A stretch of DNA of 34,041 nt. Source: Thermoproteus sp. Lineage in GTDB: Archaea; Thermoproteota; Thermoprotei; Thermoproteales; Thermoproteaceae. The position numbers were made by a program, and so were the translations under genes. Positions 1-8,973 of this stretch are shown here, one piece after another. The notes under the pieces were generated by a model. It was not told the DNA's origin. It ran no database searches and was given only the letters and a program-made list of their open reading frames with translations. The stretch's first letter is position 1. Each line of letters begins with the position of its first letter. The stretch covers positions 1 to 34,041 of the forward strand of contig JBMFIG010000016.1 of NCBI GenBank assembly GCA_049976425.1, in the 5' to 3' direction.

Positions 1-385
1 GCGTGGCCATCCACGTTATGCCCGAGCGGTACTGGAAGAACAACGAGAGGCCTCCTTGGCTGTGCACGAATATATTGACAGCCGACAGCGGGCTTTTGAG
101 GTCCATCAATATCATTATCCAGGCCGGCACTATGGTTATCAACGAGAACCACACCCCGAGCTTGATTATCTTCTCGTACTCGCCGTTAGGCCCTCTGTAG
201 CCGAACACGGTATATATGGAGTTGACTATGCTCGAGCCGGTGGCCATGAGGGCGAAGTAGACGTAGCCGGGCACCAAGAGGCCCCAAGGTATCTCCTCCA
301 CAGACCTGCCCAGATAGCCCAGCCACACCAGTGCAGAGCCCGCCGCGAGCAACGCGGCCGCCGAGGCTGGCCTGGCCCACCTCAT
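1..385 (-). CDS. psrC: NrfD/PsrC-family membrane anchor subunit (runs off window edge, 3' part missing)
   Basis: Not in ORF track. Manual translation from ATG at 385 (ATGA overlap with the Fe-S subunit stop): MRWARPASAAALLAAGSALVWLGYLGRSVEEIPWGLLVPGYVYFALMATG...MILMDLKSP...SGITWM. The PWG..Y.YF and DL..P motifs are typical of NrfD. Confidence 0.85.
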   Translation of the reverse strand, partial: MRWARPASAAALLAAGSALVWLGYLGRSVEEIPWGLLVPGYVYFALMATGSSIVNSIYTVFGYRGPNGEYEKIIKLGVWFSLITIVPAWIMILMDLKSPLSAVNIFVHSQGGLSLFFQYRSGITWMAT

Positions 386-948
386 GGCCCCACCACGACG
401 AAGTACTTGGGGCTGGTGCCCACGTTGTCGAGCAGCTTCACGTACCTCGACTCGGCCAGGCGCCTCGATATCGACGAGCTCGGGTTATCCAGATCACCGA
501 AGTCGCGGGCGCCCGCCGGACATACGGCGACGCAGACGGGTTGCTCCCCTCTGGCCAGCCTGGCCTGGCACTCCTCGCCCATGCACTTGACCGGCGCCCA
601 CAGAGACTCGTTGAACCAACGGGCGTCGTAGGGGCAGGCCACCATGCAGTACCTACAGCCTATGCAGAGGTCGTAGTTTATCTTGACCAAGCCGTCCTTG
701 TCCTTGTAGGACGCGCCGGTGGGGCACACGGTGACGCACGGCGGGTTTTCGCAGTGCTGGCACTGGAGGAGGTACAACATGGGCCTGGCGGCTCTGCCGA
801 GCTCTATCCTCTTTATGTTGGTCCTGAGCCAGTTCCACGACACGTTGGGCGAGGTGGAGGAGCCGTAGTTGGCGGCGTTGCAGGCGGCTATACACGCGCC
901 GCACGATATGCAACGGGATTGGTCCCAGAGGAAGGCGAGCCTCGTCAT
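382..948 (-). CDS. psrB: Four-cluster 4Fe-4S electron-transfer subunit (PsrB/NrfC/DmsB family)
   Basis: CISCGACIAAC, CQHCENPPCVTVCP, CIGCRYCMVACPY and CVAVCPAGAR motifs; ATGA-coupled to neighbours. Confidence 0.93.
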   Translation of the reverse strand: MTRLAFLWDQSRCISCGACIAACNAANYGSSTSPNVSWNWLRTNIKRIELGRAARPMLYLLQCQHCENPPCVTVCPTGASYKDKDGLVKINYDLCIGCRYCMVACPYDARWFNESLWAPVKCMGEECQARLARGEQPVCVAVCPAGARDFGDLDNPSSSISRRLAESRYVKLLDNVGTSPKYFVVVGP

Positions 949-3413
949 GGCCTCACCCTAACCACCGAGTTCGTCCCCGCGGTGCCTATCACCGGCGCCA
1001 CGTACCCCTTGGTGAACCACTGCGGGTTGACGCCCGTGCGGAGGAAGTCGTACCGGCCGTCCACGAGGGCGGACGTGTGGCCTCCGGCGAAGGCGTAGGC
1101 GAACAACACGCCGGGCCTCACTCTGTTGGTCACCTTCACGCAAGTCCTCGCCGCGAAGCCGTTGTCGACCCCCTCGAGCGTCACGACGTCTCCGTCCCTC
1201 ACGCCGAGGCGCTCGGCGTCGGCCGGGTTCATCCAGACGCACCTCTCGGTCAGATACTTCGAGTCGTAGGTGAAGGCGAAGTGGCCCGACACGTTCTGGT
1301 CCTTGCCCGTCACTAGGTAGAACTCGTCGGGGGCCTTGGGCTGGCTGTAGGCTGGCGGCGGAGTCCAGTCGGGCAACGGATCGAGGCCGTACTTCAACGC
1401 GGCGAGCGAGTATATCTCCACGAGGCCCGTGGGCGTGGAGAGCTTGGACTTGTACGGCTTGACCTCGTACGTCTTCCGCTTGAGCACGTAGTAGCCCTTG
1501 GTCCTCAACGACGTCTCGAGCTCCTCCTTCGAGACGTTCCAGGTCTTCGACAGATAGTCCAGCACTTTCCCGAACAGCTGCTCCTCGAAGGCCTCGAACT
1601 GGGCGTAGTCGGCGTATCTGTCCGTGTAGCCTATCAGAGCGGCCTTGTCCGGCCACGCCCTCCTCACGAGCTCCAGCAAGATCCAGAACGCGTGGCGGGC
1701 GTCGACGCCGGGCGGCGGGTCGAGCACCTTGTTGGAGTACACGACGGCCGCGTCGAGGGTCCAGGGAGCGGACGAGATCTCGCTCCTCTCCAAGAACATG
1801 AGGTCGGGGAAGACGTAGTCGGACCAGTCCACGTGGTCCTGCGGCAGTATGTCTATGGTCACCACGAGGTCGAGCTTCTTGAAGGCCTCCTTCAGCTTCT
1901 GCGTGTTGACGTCTCTGTGGAACGGGGCCGTGCCCACTATTATCAAAGCCTTTACGGGATACGGCTTCTCCGTCAATACGGCGTCTAGAAGCGCGTCGAA
2001 GGAGCTGACGGCCAGAGGGTACTTCATGGTGTCGACCCTCTTGGCCTTCAACGGAGGCAGAGACACGCCGAATATCGTGTCTATTCTGTCGGCGCCTATG
2101 GTGCAGGAATTGGGGAACTTCGCGGGCTCTTGGAAGCACAAGCCGCCGCGTTTGTCTATGTTGCCCACCAGCGCGTTGAGTATGAGTATTGCCCTATACA
2201 CGTCGAACTCGTTCCCGTTCTTAGCCGCGTACCACCCGTCCTCCGCCACCCCCCGCCTCGTGGCGAACTCCCTGGCCAGGCGGATTATCTCGTCGGCGGG
2301 GATCCCGGTTATCTGGGCCGCCTTCTCGGGCGGGTACTTGGCCGCCCTCTCGGCCAGTAGCCTGAACGCTGTCTTGACGTGGACGCTCCCCGACGGCGTG
2401 TCCACATCCCCTTCGTAGTCGAGCGCCGGATCCGCCGTCGAACCCAGCGGCTTGAGGCCTCCGGACGCCGCATCGAAGACCAGATAGGCGGAGCCCTCCT
2501 GCCCCAGATCCTTCTGGGTCAGAGGCTGGCCGTCGGGCTTCACCAACATGGGGGCGTTGGTGTACTTCTTGAGGAACTGGACGTCGTAGAGCCCCTCGTT
2601 TATGATTACATATATCATCGACAGGAGCAACGCGGCGTCGGTGCCCGGTATTATGGGGACCCACTCCACCGACGAGAACGCTAGGTTGGGGGCCCTCGGG
2701 TCAACGACCACGACCTTGGCCCCCGCCTCCCTCGCCTTGGAGAGCGCCCTGACTAGGCCCATAGCCGCGTCGAGGTTCCTCCCTATCAGCAACAGGTAGT
2801 TCAGGTTGGCGTAGTCGGGATCCACGGCCGGCGGCCCTCCAGCGCCCAGCACGACCTGCCTAGCCGCGGTGGAGGCGTCGTGGCAGGTGCCCTCATGGCC
2901 TATCACGTTCGGCGTGCCTATCAACGAGGCTATGAGCGGGAGGTGCCACGACATGTGGTCGTGCCTCGTGAAGGCTATCGCCTGGGGGCCGTATCTGTCC
3001 GCCACCTCCTTGAGCTTGGCCGCCGCCTCGTTCAGCGCAGTGTCCCAGTCCACCTCCTGGAACTTCCCCTCGCCTCTCTGGCCGATCCTCTTGAGAGGCT
3101 TCCTCAGCCTCAGCGGATGGCCCCACATCTGTACCGCCGCCGCCGGGCGGGCGCACATGCCGGGTTGCGGGTGGCTGGGGTTAGGCACTATATACATCGC
3201 GTCCCCGCTGTTGACGAAGTAGAGGCCGCACTTGGAGCCGCACGCGCCGCAGTATATGGGTATATATCTGGGCCCGGCGGCGCCGGCCTTTTGGACCTGC
3301 TGGGCCGTCTGCGGCAGCGCTATCTTGGCCAAAGGCGCGCCTAGGGCAGACACGACGCCGATAGTTACGCCGAGCTTGACCAGTTCTCTTCTATTTATTT
3401 TTAGATATGACAC
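945..3413 (-). CDS. psrA: Tat-exported molybdopterin oxidoreductase catalytic subunit, polysulfide/thiosulfate reductase (PsrA/PhsA/SreA) type
   Basis: Twin-arginine signal INRRELVKLG, FS0 motif CGACGSKC...C, HEGTCH Mo-ligand region, C-terminal MNP.DA..LG..DGD domain. Start moved to GTG 3413 because TATAAAAATA lies at 3440-3431. Exact substrate uncertain. Confidence 0.88.
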   Translation of the reverse strand: MSYLKINRRELVKLGVTIGVVSALGAPLAKIALPQTAQQVQKAGAAGPRYIPIYCGACGSKCGLYFVNSGDAMYIVPNPSHPQPGMCARPAAAVQMWGHPLRLRKPLKRIGQRGEGKFQEVDWDTALNEAAAKLKEVADRYGPQAIAFTRHDHMSWHLPLIASLIGTPNVIGHEGTCHDASTAARQVVLGAGGPPAVDPDYANLNYLLLIGRNLDAAMGLVRALSKAREAGAKVVVVDPRAPNLAFSSVEWVPIIPGTDAALLLSMIYVIINEGLYDVQFLKKYTNAPMLVKPDGQPLTQKDLGQEGSAYLVFDAASGGLKPLGSTADPALDYEGDVDTPSGSVHVKTAFRLLAERAAKYPPEKAAQITGIPADEIIRLAREFATRRGVAEDGWYAAKNGNEFDVYRAILILNALVGNIDKRGGLCFQEPAKFPNSCTIGADRIDTIFGVSLPPLKAKRVDTMKYPLAVSSFDALLDAVLTEKPYPVKALIIVGTAPFHRDVNTQKLKEAFKKLDLVVTIDILPQDHVDWSDYVFPDLMFLERSEISSAPWTLDAAVVYSNKVLDPPPGVDARHAFWILLELVRRAWPDKAALIGYTDRYADYAQFEAFEEQLFGKVLDYLSKTWNVSKEELETSLRTKGYYVLKRKTYEVKPYKSKLSTPTGLVEIYSLAALKYGLDPLPDWTPPPAYSQPKAPDEFYLVTGKDQNVSGHFAFTYDSKYLTERCVWMNPADAERLGVRDGDVVTLEGVDNGFAARTCVKVTNRVRPGVLFAYAFAGGHTSALVDGRYDFLRTGVNPQWFTKGYVAPVIGTAGTNSVVRVRP

Positions 3414-3526
3414 AGGAACGTACACATAAATATTTTTATATGACGCGGGATGTGTGTTTTTTGCACTACACACGTGCGTGTAATAGCGCCGCGGTCAAGT
3501 TTAATAATGCAGGGCGCCGCGCCTAC
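3414..3526. promoter_or_regulatory. Divergent promoter region psrA / glycosyltransferase with an inverted repeat
   Basis: Minus-strand TATA at 3440-3431, plus-strand TTTAATAA at 3500-3507, GTGTGT-N10-ACACAC at 3452-3473. Confidence 0.6.
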
Positions 3527-4672
3527 ATGCGTCTGCGCTGGATCGCTCTGGCTGTTGTTGTCGTGGTGGCCGCAGTCTACGTGTACTATACCTATACGCA
3601 ATTCGCCGGCCTCCAAGGCTACGTCTCCGACGAGACTTGGTACGCCCCCGCCGCCTACAACATACTGACCCAGGTTTTCGGCTACAACGAGTCCATGTCC
3701 TACCCCTACCCCAACGCCAGCGGCATATCGACCTACCTGAACCTCGAACATCCGCCGCTCGTCAAGTATATCTTGGCGTTGTCCATAGCGGCGCTCGGCT
3801 ACTATCCCCTCGCCTGGCGGTTGCCGGGCTGGATTGTCGGAGGCGCCGCGGTGGTCCTGGCCTATCTGGCAGGCTACGAGTTGCTTAGAGATAGAGGCGA
3901 GGCGGCGGCCGTGCTGGCCGGAGCCATATCGGCAGTCGCTCTGATATTCGACCCCAACTTCTGGGCCCTCCACGGCATAGCCATGCTGGACGCATACGCC
4001 GGCTTCTTCGCCCTCCTCGCCCTATACCTGTTGGTGTCCGAGAGGAGGCTCGCCTCGTCTATCGCCTTGGGCCTCGCCTTCGCCGCCAAGGAGACTACGT
4101 TCCCCCTCCTCCTGCCCTACCTCTACTACATAGGCGAGCTCGAGGACAAGCCCCTCAAGAGGCTGACGTACGCCGTCTTCATACCGGCGGCCGTCTACGT
4201 AGCCCTATCGGCCCCGCTTATGGTCCACCTCGGCGGGCCCGTCGCGTGGTTTAAGGACAGCTTCCTCCACATGATGAACTGGGACGTTACGTCGGGACAC
4301 ATAGCAGGCAATGCCGAGAGCCAGATATCGACTCCCTGGGGGTGGTTCCTCGACATCCATCCGTTCTATCTAGGCCAGAACCTATACGCCAGGGTAAACA
4401 TAGCCGTCATGTGGCTCTGGGCCATCCTCACCCCAGTCGCCGTATTGCTCAGAGATAAGAAGCTCGTAATAGCGGCTCTCTTCCCGTGGTCCATGTGGGC
4501 CGGGCTCGCGGCCGCCTACGCCCTAGGCAACACGACGCTGTTCAGCTTCTACGTGGCCGACTTCAGCCCCATGGTCGACGTCTTCGCCGGATCGGCGGTG
4601 GTCGCGGCACTAGCCGCTTGGGACGAACGCGGCCGCAGATCGAGGAGGCAGAGAAGCCCAAGCCGCGTCTGA
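3527..4672 (+). CDS. GT-C fold membrane glycosyltransferase (GT39 / PMT-like)
   Basis: Multi-TM protein with SDE.WY, EHPPL.KY, WRLPG and AKE motifs; ATG 3527 follows a TATA box. Confidence 0.82.
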   Translation: MRLRWIALAVVVVVAAVYVYYTYTQFAGLQGYVSDETWYAPAAYNILTQVFGYNESMSYPYPNASGISTYLNLEHPPLVKYILALSIAALGYYPLAWRLPGWIVGGAAVVLAYLAGYELLRDRGEAAAVLAGAISAVALIFDPNFWALHGIAMLDAYAGFFALLALYLLVSERRLASSIALGLAFAAKETTFPLLLPYLYYIGELEDKPLKRLTYAVFIPAAVYVALSAPLMVHLGGPVAWFKDSFLHMMNWDVTSGHIAGNAESQISTPWGWFLDIHPFYLGQNLYARVNIAVMWLWAILTPVAVLLRDKKLVIAALFPWSMWAGLAAAYALGNTTLFSFYVADFSPMVDVFAGSAVVAALAAWDERGRRSRRQRSPSRV

Positions 4673-4740
4673 GGCTCCGATCTAGATCCCCAGCCCGCCC
4701 ACGCGGTGCCAGAGATTAAGCTACGAAAAGGCGTGTCGAA

Positions 4741-6165
4741 TTAATAGGCCCTTATGTATTTGTGCTCCCCGCTTACTATCTCCAGGCTCGCTAACTTGGG
4801 CTCTGGGAGCATGAATACGGTGAACGGTATGCCCAACAAGCTCACCAAGGCCAGCAGTTGCAGTAGATGCGGCACTCCGATAGTCGCAAGAAGCGTCGGG
4901 AAGAACAACGTGGATATCGCAGCGCCGAGCTTGCCGGCGGCCGCCGATATGCCGTGGCCCGTCGTCCTGTAGCGAGTGGGGTAGACCTCTGCCGGCAACA
5001 CGAAGGTGGTCGTGTTGGGGCCGAAGTTTATGAAGAAGTAGCTCAGCGAGTAGAGGGCCAAGGTCGCCGCGGCGGGCGCCAGGAGCTCTACCGATTTGCC
5101 CGCGGCGACTATTATGGTCGATACGGCGAAGTATATTGCGGCCATCGCGGCGAAGCCGAGCTCTTGTATGGGCTTCCTCCCCAGCTTGTCGAGGAGGAGG
5201 GCGGCCACGAAGTAGCCCGGGAACCCCACGAGGAACGGCACGCTCTGGTAGAAGATCTGCTTGAAGATATCGCTGGCCGGCCCCATTATCGAGGTGACCA
5301 CGGCGCCTGAGTAGACGCCGGTGCCGTAGAGGGCTATGTCCGTGAGGAACCAAGGCACGGTGGTGCCGAGCAGGACCTTCCAATTATCGGAGAGGAACTG
5401 CCGGAGGCCGAGCCCCTCGACTCTGGCCGGCGTCTGTATGTCGGCGCCGAAGAGCTTCGCTGCCCTCCTCGCCTCCTCGACGTCGCCCTTCACCAGCAAG
5501 GCGAAGCGCGGCGTCTCCGGTATCCTCCTTCTGAGGTATATCACCGTCGCGGCCGGTATCGCGCCGACGCCTAACATAACCCTCCACGCCAACTCCGGCG
5601 GCAACAAGGCTATGCTCGCAAGCGCCACGCCCACAGAGGCGAGTATGCCTAGGCCTTGGTTGGCGAAGACCAGAGCCACCAGCTTTCCTCTATCCCTCAC
5701 GTTGGAGTACTCCGACATTATAGTCGCCGATATGGGGTAGTCGCCGCCTATGCCGAAGCCCAGGAAGACCCTCGCGGCTATCAGCCAGAGGAGGTTCGGC
5801 GCAATCGCGCTGAGGAGAGCCCCGAAGGTCAATATGGCGGCCTCGACGCCGTAGAGGTACTTCCTGCCGAGCCTATCGCCGAGGAAGCCGAAGAGGAGTT
5901 GCCCGGCTATGGTCGCCCAGAGGGCGGCGGAGCCGAGAAGGCCGCTCCAGTATGCCGTGTTGGGGCCGTGTAGCTCCTCGAAGCCGGGCACCGCGTACGC
6001 GCTCAGGACGGTGAGGACGGCGCCTATAATGAAGAGGTCGTAGGCGTCTGTGAAAAACCCGGCGCCTGAGAGGTACCATATCTTTATGTGGGTCCACGTA
6101 AGCTTAAGCCTATCGAGGTGTTCGAAGGGGGTCGACTTGCCAGGCGCGCCGAAGTTTGAGGACAT
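4741..6165 (-). CDS. MFS phosphate:H+ symporter (PHS / Pho84-like)
   Basis: GFFTDAYDLF, GDRLGRK, GIGGDYPISA, PETPRF and NFGPNTTTF signatures. Confidence 0.9.
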   Translation of the reverse strand: MSSNFGAPGKSTPFEHLDRLKLTWTHIKIWYLSGAGFFTDAYDLFIIGAVLTVLSAYAVPGFEELHGPNTAYWSGLLGSAALWATIAGQLLFGFLGDRLGRKYLYGVEAAILTFGALLSAIAPNLLWLIAARVFLGFGIGGDYPISATIMSEYSNVRDRGKLVALVFANQGLGILASVGVALASIALLPPELAWRVMLGVGAIPAATVIYLRRRIPETPRFALLVKGDVEEARRAAKLFGADIQTPARVEGLGLRQFLSDNWKVLLGTTVPWFLTDIALYGTGVYSGAVVTSIMGPASDIFKQIFYQSVPFLVGFPGYFVAALLLDKLGRKPIQELGFAAMAAIYFAVSTIIVAAGKSVELLAPAAATLALYSLSYFFINFGPNTTTFVLPAEVYPTRYRTTGHGISAAAGKLGAAISTLFFPTLLATIGVPHLLQLLALVSLLGIPFTVFMLPEPKLASLEIVSGEHKYIRAY

Positions 6166-6373
6166 GTGTGGAGATGCCCTAAAACATTTAAGAAATGCGC
6201 TATATCATGCTTAAGTATAGGCTAGATTGAGGGTATTCCATTAAAATTATAATTATATAGAGATACATATATTTGTTTTTGAAAAGATATTTTTCAATTA
6301 ATAATATGGAAAGTAAAAATATTAAAATTTGGAGGAGGGAGGAATCTATTTATAGGGAAACGATGAGAGCTAC
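6166..6373. promoter_or_regulatory. AT-rich divergent promoter region (phosphate transporter / nuoB)
   Basis: About 200 bp strongly AT-rich in a GC-rich background; TTTATA near 6348 precedes GTG 6374; minus-strand TTAAAT near 6190. Confidence 0.6.
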
Positions 6374-6982
6374 GTGTCGGTTATACAGGGACTTAAGGAG
6401 TATATGTTGAAGCAGGCGAAGCTGGATAGGATAATCAGGTGGGGCATCAAGTGGTCCATGTGGCCTGTCCACCTCGTGACGAGCTGTTGCGGCGTTGAGG
6501 TGGCCCACACATCAGCCCCCGTTTTCGACGCCGAGAGGTGGGGCGTCCTGCCCTTCAACACCATGAGGCAGACCAATGTCATACTCGTGGAGGGCACCAT
6601 AACCAGGAAGATGGCGAAGGTGCTGAAGTGGGTCTACGAGCAGATGCCGGAGCCCAAGTTCGTCATAGCCATGGGCGCATGCGCCGTGAGGGGCGGCCTG
6701 TTCTGGAACTCCTACCACGTCGTGCAGGTGGACACCATAGTGCCGGTCGACGCGTACATACCCGGGTGCCCGCCGACTCCTGAGGCGGTGATAAGGGCCT
6801 TCTTCATGGTCGGCAACAAGATATTGGGCAAGCCAGGACCCGAGGTGAAGCCCGTTAAGGTCGACCTCACGCCGTATCTGCCGCAGCCCAAGCCCGCGGC
6901 TAAGCCAGCCGCGAAGCCCGCCGCCCCCGCCAAGCCAGCCGCCGCGCCGACGGCGGCCGCGACGCAGGCCCAGCCCGCGTAG
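6374..6982 (+). CDS. nuoB: NADH-quinone oxidoreductase subunit B
   Basis: SCCGVE, QMPEPKFVIAMGACA and PVDAYIPGCPPTPEA motifs. Confidence 0.95.
   Translation: MSVIQGLKEYMLKQAKLDRIIRWGIKWSMWPVHLVTSCCGVEVAHTSAPVFDAERWGVLPFNTMRQTNVILVEGTITRKMAKVLKWVYEQMPEPKFVIAMGACAVRGGLFWNSYHVVQVDTIVPVDAYIPGCPPTPEAVIRAFFMVGNKILGKPGPEVKPVKVDLTPYLPQPKPAAKPAAKPAAPAKPAAAPTAAATQAQPA
6890..6979 (+). repeat. Coding low-complexity repeat (KPAA)n in the NuoB tail
   Basis: KPAAKPAAKPAAPAKPAAAPTAAATQAQPA. Confidence 0.8.
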
Positions 6983-6984
6983 CC

Positions 6985-7518
6985 ATGTCGGCCAAGTTGC
7001 CGCCTAAGTGCCCGCCGCAGGCCGACCACCCGCTTCTGCCTAGGATCAAGGAGGCCCTCGGCGACATGTTGCTCTCACACGGCGTGTCGGCCGACGGCTA
7101 CCTCTGCGTCATGGTGCCGGCCGAGAGGATCAGGGAGGTGGCGCAGAAGCTCAAGGAGCTCGGCTTCGACCAAGCACTCTCGGTCAGCGCCATGGACTAC
7201 ATGGAGGAGAAGAAGTTCGTCATGCTCTACACCTTCATGTCGTACCTCACGCCGGAGTTGAAGGGCCATGTCCTGAACGTGCGGGCCGAGATCCCGCGCG
7301 ACAACCCGCACATAGCGTCCATAGCAGACATATTCCCCTCAGCGGACTACGACGAGAGGGAATGCCACGAGATGTTCGGCATATGGTTCGACGGAAATCC
7401 CCACATGGGCAAACGCTTCTTGTTGGACCCCGACTGCTGTATAGACGAGAAGACCGGCAAGCCCCTCTACCCTCTGAGGAGGGACTTCAAGGTGCCCGAC
7501 TGGGGCCTCTTCGGCTAA
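6985..7518 (+). CDS. nuoC: NADH-quinone oxidoreductase subunit C
   Basis: SIADIFPSADYDERECHEMFGIWFDGNP and YPLRRDF signatures. Confidence 0.93.
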   Translation: MSAKLPPKCPPQADHPLLPRIKEALGDMLLSHGVSADGYLCVMVPAERIREVAQKLKELGFDQALSVSAMDYMEEKKFVMLYTFMSYLTPELKGHVLNVRAEIPRDNPHIASIADIFPSADYDERECHEMFGIWFDGNPHMGKRFLLDPDCCIDEKTGKPLYPLRRDFKVPDWGLFG

Positions 7519-7522
7519 TTTT

Positions 7523-7607
7523 CCGCTCTCCGGGCGGCCCCTCCTGGATGCGCCGAAAGGCCAGCCCGGGCCCGCGTCCTCCGAAACGTCCGGAGTGCGG
7601 AGAGCGG
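7523..7607 (+). ncRNA. Candidate structured RNA (multi-branch fold), family unknown
   Basis: 10-bp closing stem CCGCTCTCCG/CGGAGAGCGG enclosing GCC-GAAA-GGC and CTCCG-N7-CGGAG hairpins; intergenic. Confidence 0.35.
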
Positions 7608-7687
7608 GTAAGGGCGCCGAGCTGCTGGAGGGCGCTAACGCCGTATCGTCTCGTGGACTTTTCCGCTGGCTGGACGGGCGAGGGCGC

Positions 7688-8026
7688 CTAACATATATCT
7701 ATTTCCTTATCGATAAACTTCTTGTACCACTCCTCGTATTGCCGTGGGGTGACTATGTGGAGCTCCAAGACTGTCGACGCCTCCCCCGCGGCGTCTTTCA
7801 AGGCCTTCGAGATCTCGGCCCGGCGCCAGGGATCCTCAGGGGCGTTTGGAGAGATTATCAACACGTCTATGTCGCTGTCGGGGGCCCAATCGCCTCTGGC
7901 CACGCTCCCGAAGACAGCCACCCTGGCCTCCCCCAGGAGGGCTCTCGCTGGCGTGCACAGTCTCTCCACATACGTCCTCCAGTTCTCCAGCACGCGCCTA
8001 CGGGTCACGTAGTGCTGGAGGTACAT
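7688..8026 (-). CDS. Minimal nucleotidyltransferase (MNT) antitoxin
   Basis: VFGSVARGDWAPDSDIDVLII motif; probable start ATG 8026 overlapping the HEPN 3' end. Confidence 0.9.
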   Translation of the reverse strand: MYLQHYVTRRRVLENWRTYVERLCTPARALLGEARVAVFGSVARGDWAPDSDIDVLIISPNAPEDPWRRAEISKALKDAAGEASTVLELHIVTPRQYEEWYKKFIDKEIDIC

Positions 8027-8388
8027 AGCTCGACGAGCCTCTCCGCCGTCTTCACAAGGCGTTCGGCCACCTCCTTCGAGTACCTCCTGGGGAGATATCT
8101 GCCGCCTATATAGGCGTCCTCCATGACCTCGAACTCCATTCGGTTCTCCTCGAAGAGCCTCCACACGTCCTCCCGCACTGTCTTGACTAATTCAAACAGT
8201 GCCGCGAGGGAGTGGGTATGCGGGTAGTGCCCGAGGGCGGATGCCAGGAGGTACTTAAGCGCGAGCTGGGTGGCCTGCTCGCTGTGGAACGCCGCTAGGT
8301 CGTATCTGCCGGCCTTGAGGTCGTCTCTAGCCGCCTCGAGGAAGAGGAGCGCCCGCTCTCTCAACACCTCCGCATCCTCCCTACCCAC
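8005..8388 (-). CDS. HEPN-domain protein (toxin partner of MNT)
   Basis: A..FL..A..DL..G.YD.AAF..EQA.QLALK, P.THSL and Y...RY pattern. Confidence 0.9.
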   Translation of the reverse strand: MGREDAEVLRERALLFLEAARDDLKAGRYDLAAFHSEQATQLALKYLLASALGHYPHTHSLAALFELVKTVREDVWRLFEENRMEFEVMEDAYIGGRYLPRRYSKEVAERLVKTAERLVELCTSSTT

Positions 8389-8431
8389 TGCGTAAAGCCG
8401 CCGCGGGCTTAAAACTATTCCGGACGCGCGG

Positions 8432-8878
8432 TCACTGTCTAGATTCGAGTTGGGGAAGGGGTATCGGCCGCCACACCTCGTGCATCTCGACCTCCCACCA
8501 CGCCGAGATGTCTCTGGCCAGCTTCTCGACCACGTACCCCGGGGCCTCTATATGGCCGGCCTTCCCGCCTCCTACAAACGACAGGCGGGAGTACAGGAGA
8601 AAGTTCTCCAACACAACGCGCCGCACCTCTGCCCTGAAAGCCACGTAGTTCTTGCGGCCGAGGCATAGGGAGACTATCTTGTCGTCGTCGACCACGAACA
8701 CCCTGATGTACCCACACGTCCACTCGAAAAGGATGGCCACCGCCGCGACGGCCAAAACCGTCGCGAGCACGGCATGTAGAGGCCTGGGCTCGCTGGACAG
8801 GAACGAGGACAGCGCGATCAATATGCCGAGGGAGGCGGCTACGGCGTAGTAGTCGAGGAACCTGTACCTCTTCTCCAC
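8432..8878 (-). CDS. Hypothetical membrane protein (2 N-terminal TM helices plus soluble domain)
   Basis: Two hydrophobic segments; TATA-like TTAAATA about 20-25 nt upstream of GTG. Confidence 0.6.
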   Translation of the reverse strand: MEKRYRFLDYYAVAASLGILIALSSFLSSEPRPLHAVLATVLAVAAVAILFEWTCGYIRVFVVDDDKIVSLCLGRKNYVAFRAEVRRVVLENFLLYSRLSFVGGGKAGHIEAPGYVVEKLARDISAWWEVEMHEVWRPIPLPQLESRQ

Positions 8879-8973
8879 CGCTACGTCGTTCTCGCTATTT
8901 AATATCGTTTCCGCTTAATGTGCAGAAAGTGCACCTATGGACTTGTTTATAAACTGTTGGGTAGGGCAAGGCG

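Noticed and set aside
56-3344. Long alternative-frame and antisense ORFs over psrAB (and similar ones throughout the window)
   Set aside because: Shadow ORFs expected from high GC3 codon bias; Arg/Gly/Pro-rich and without motifs.
7650-7670. Minus-strand GCGGAAAAGTCC resembling RNase P RNA conserved region I
   Set aside because: No matching CR-V/P4 partner sequence found at a plausible distance.
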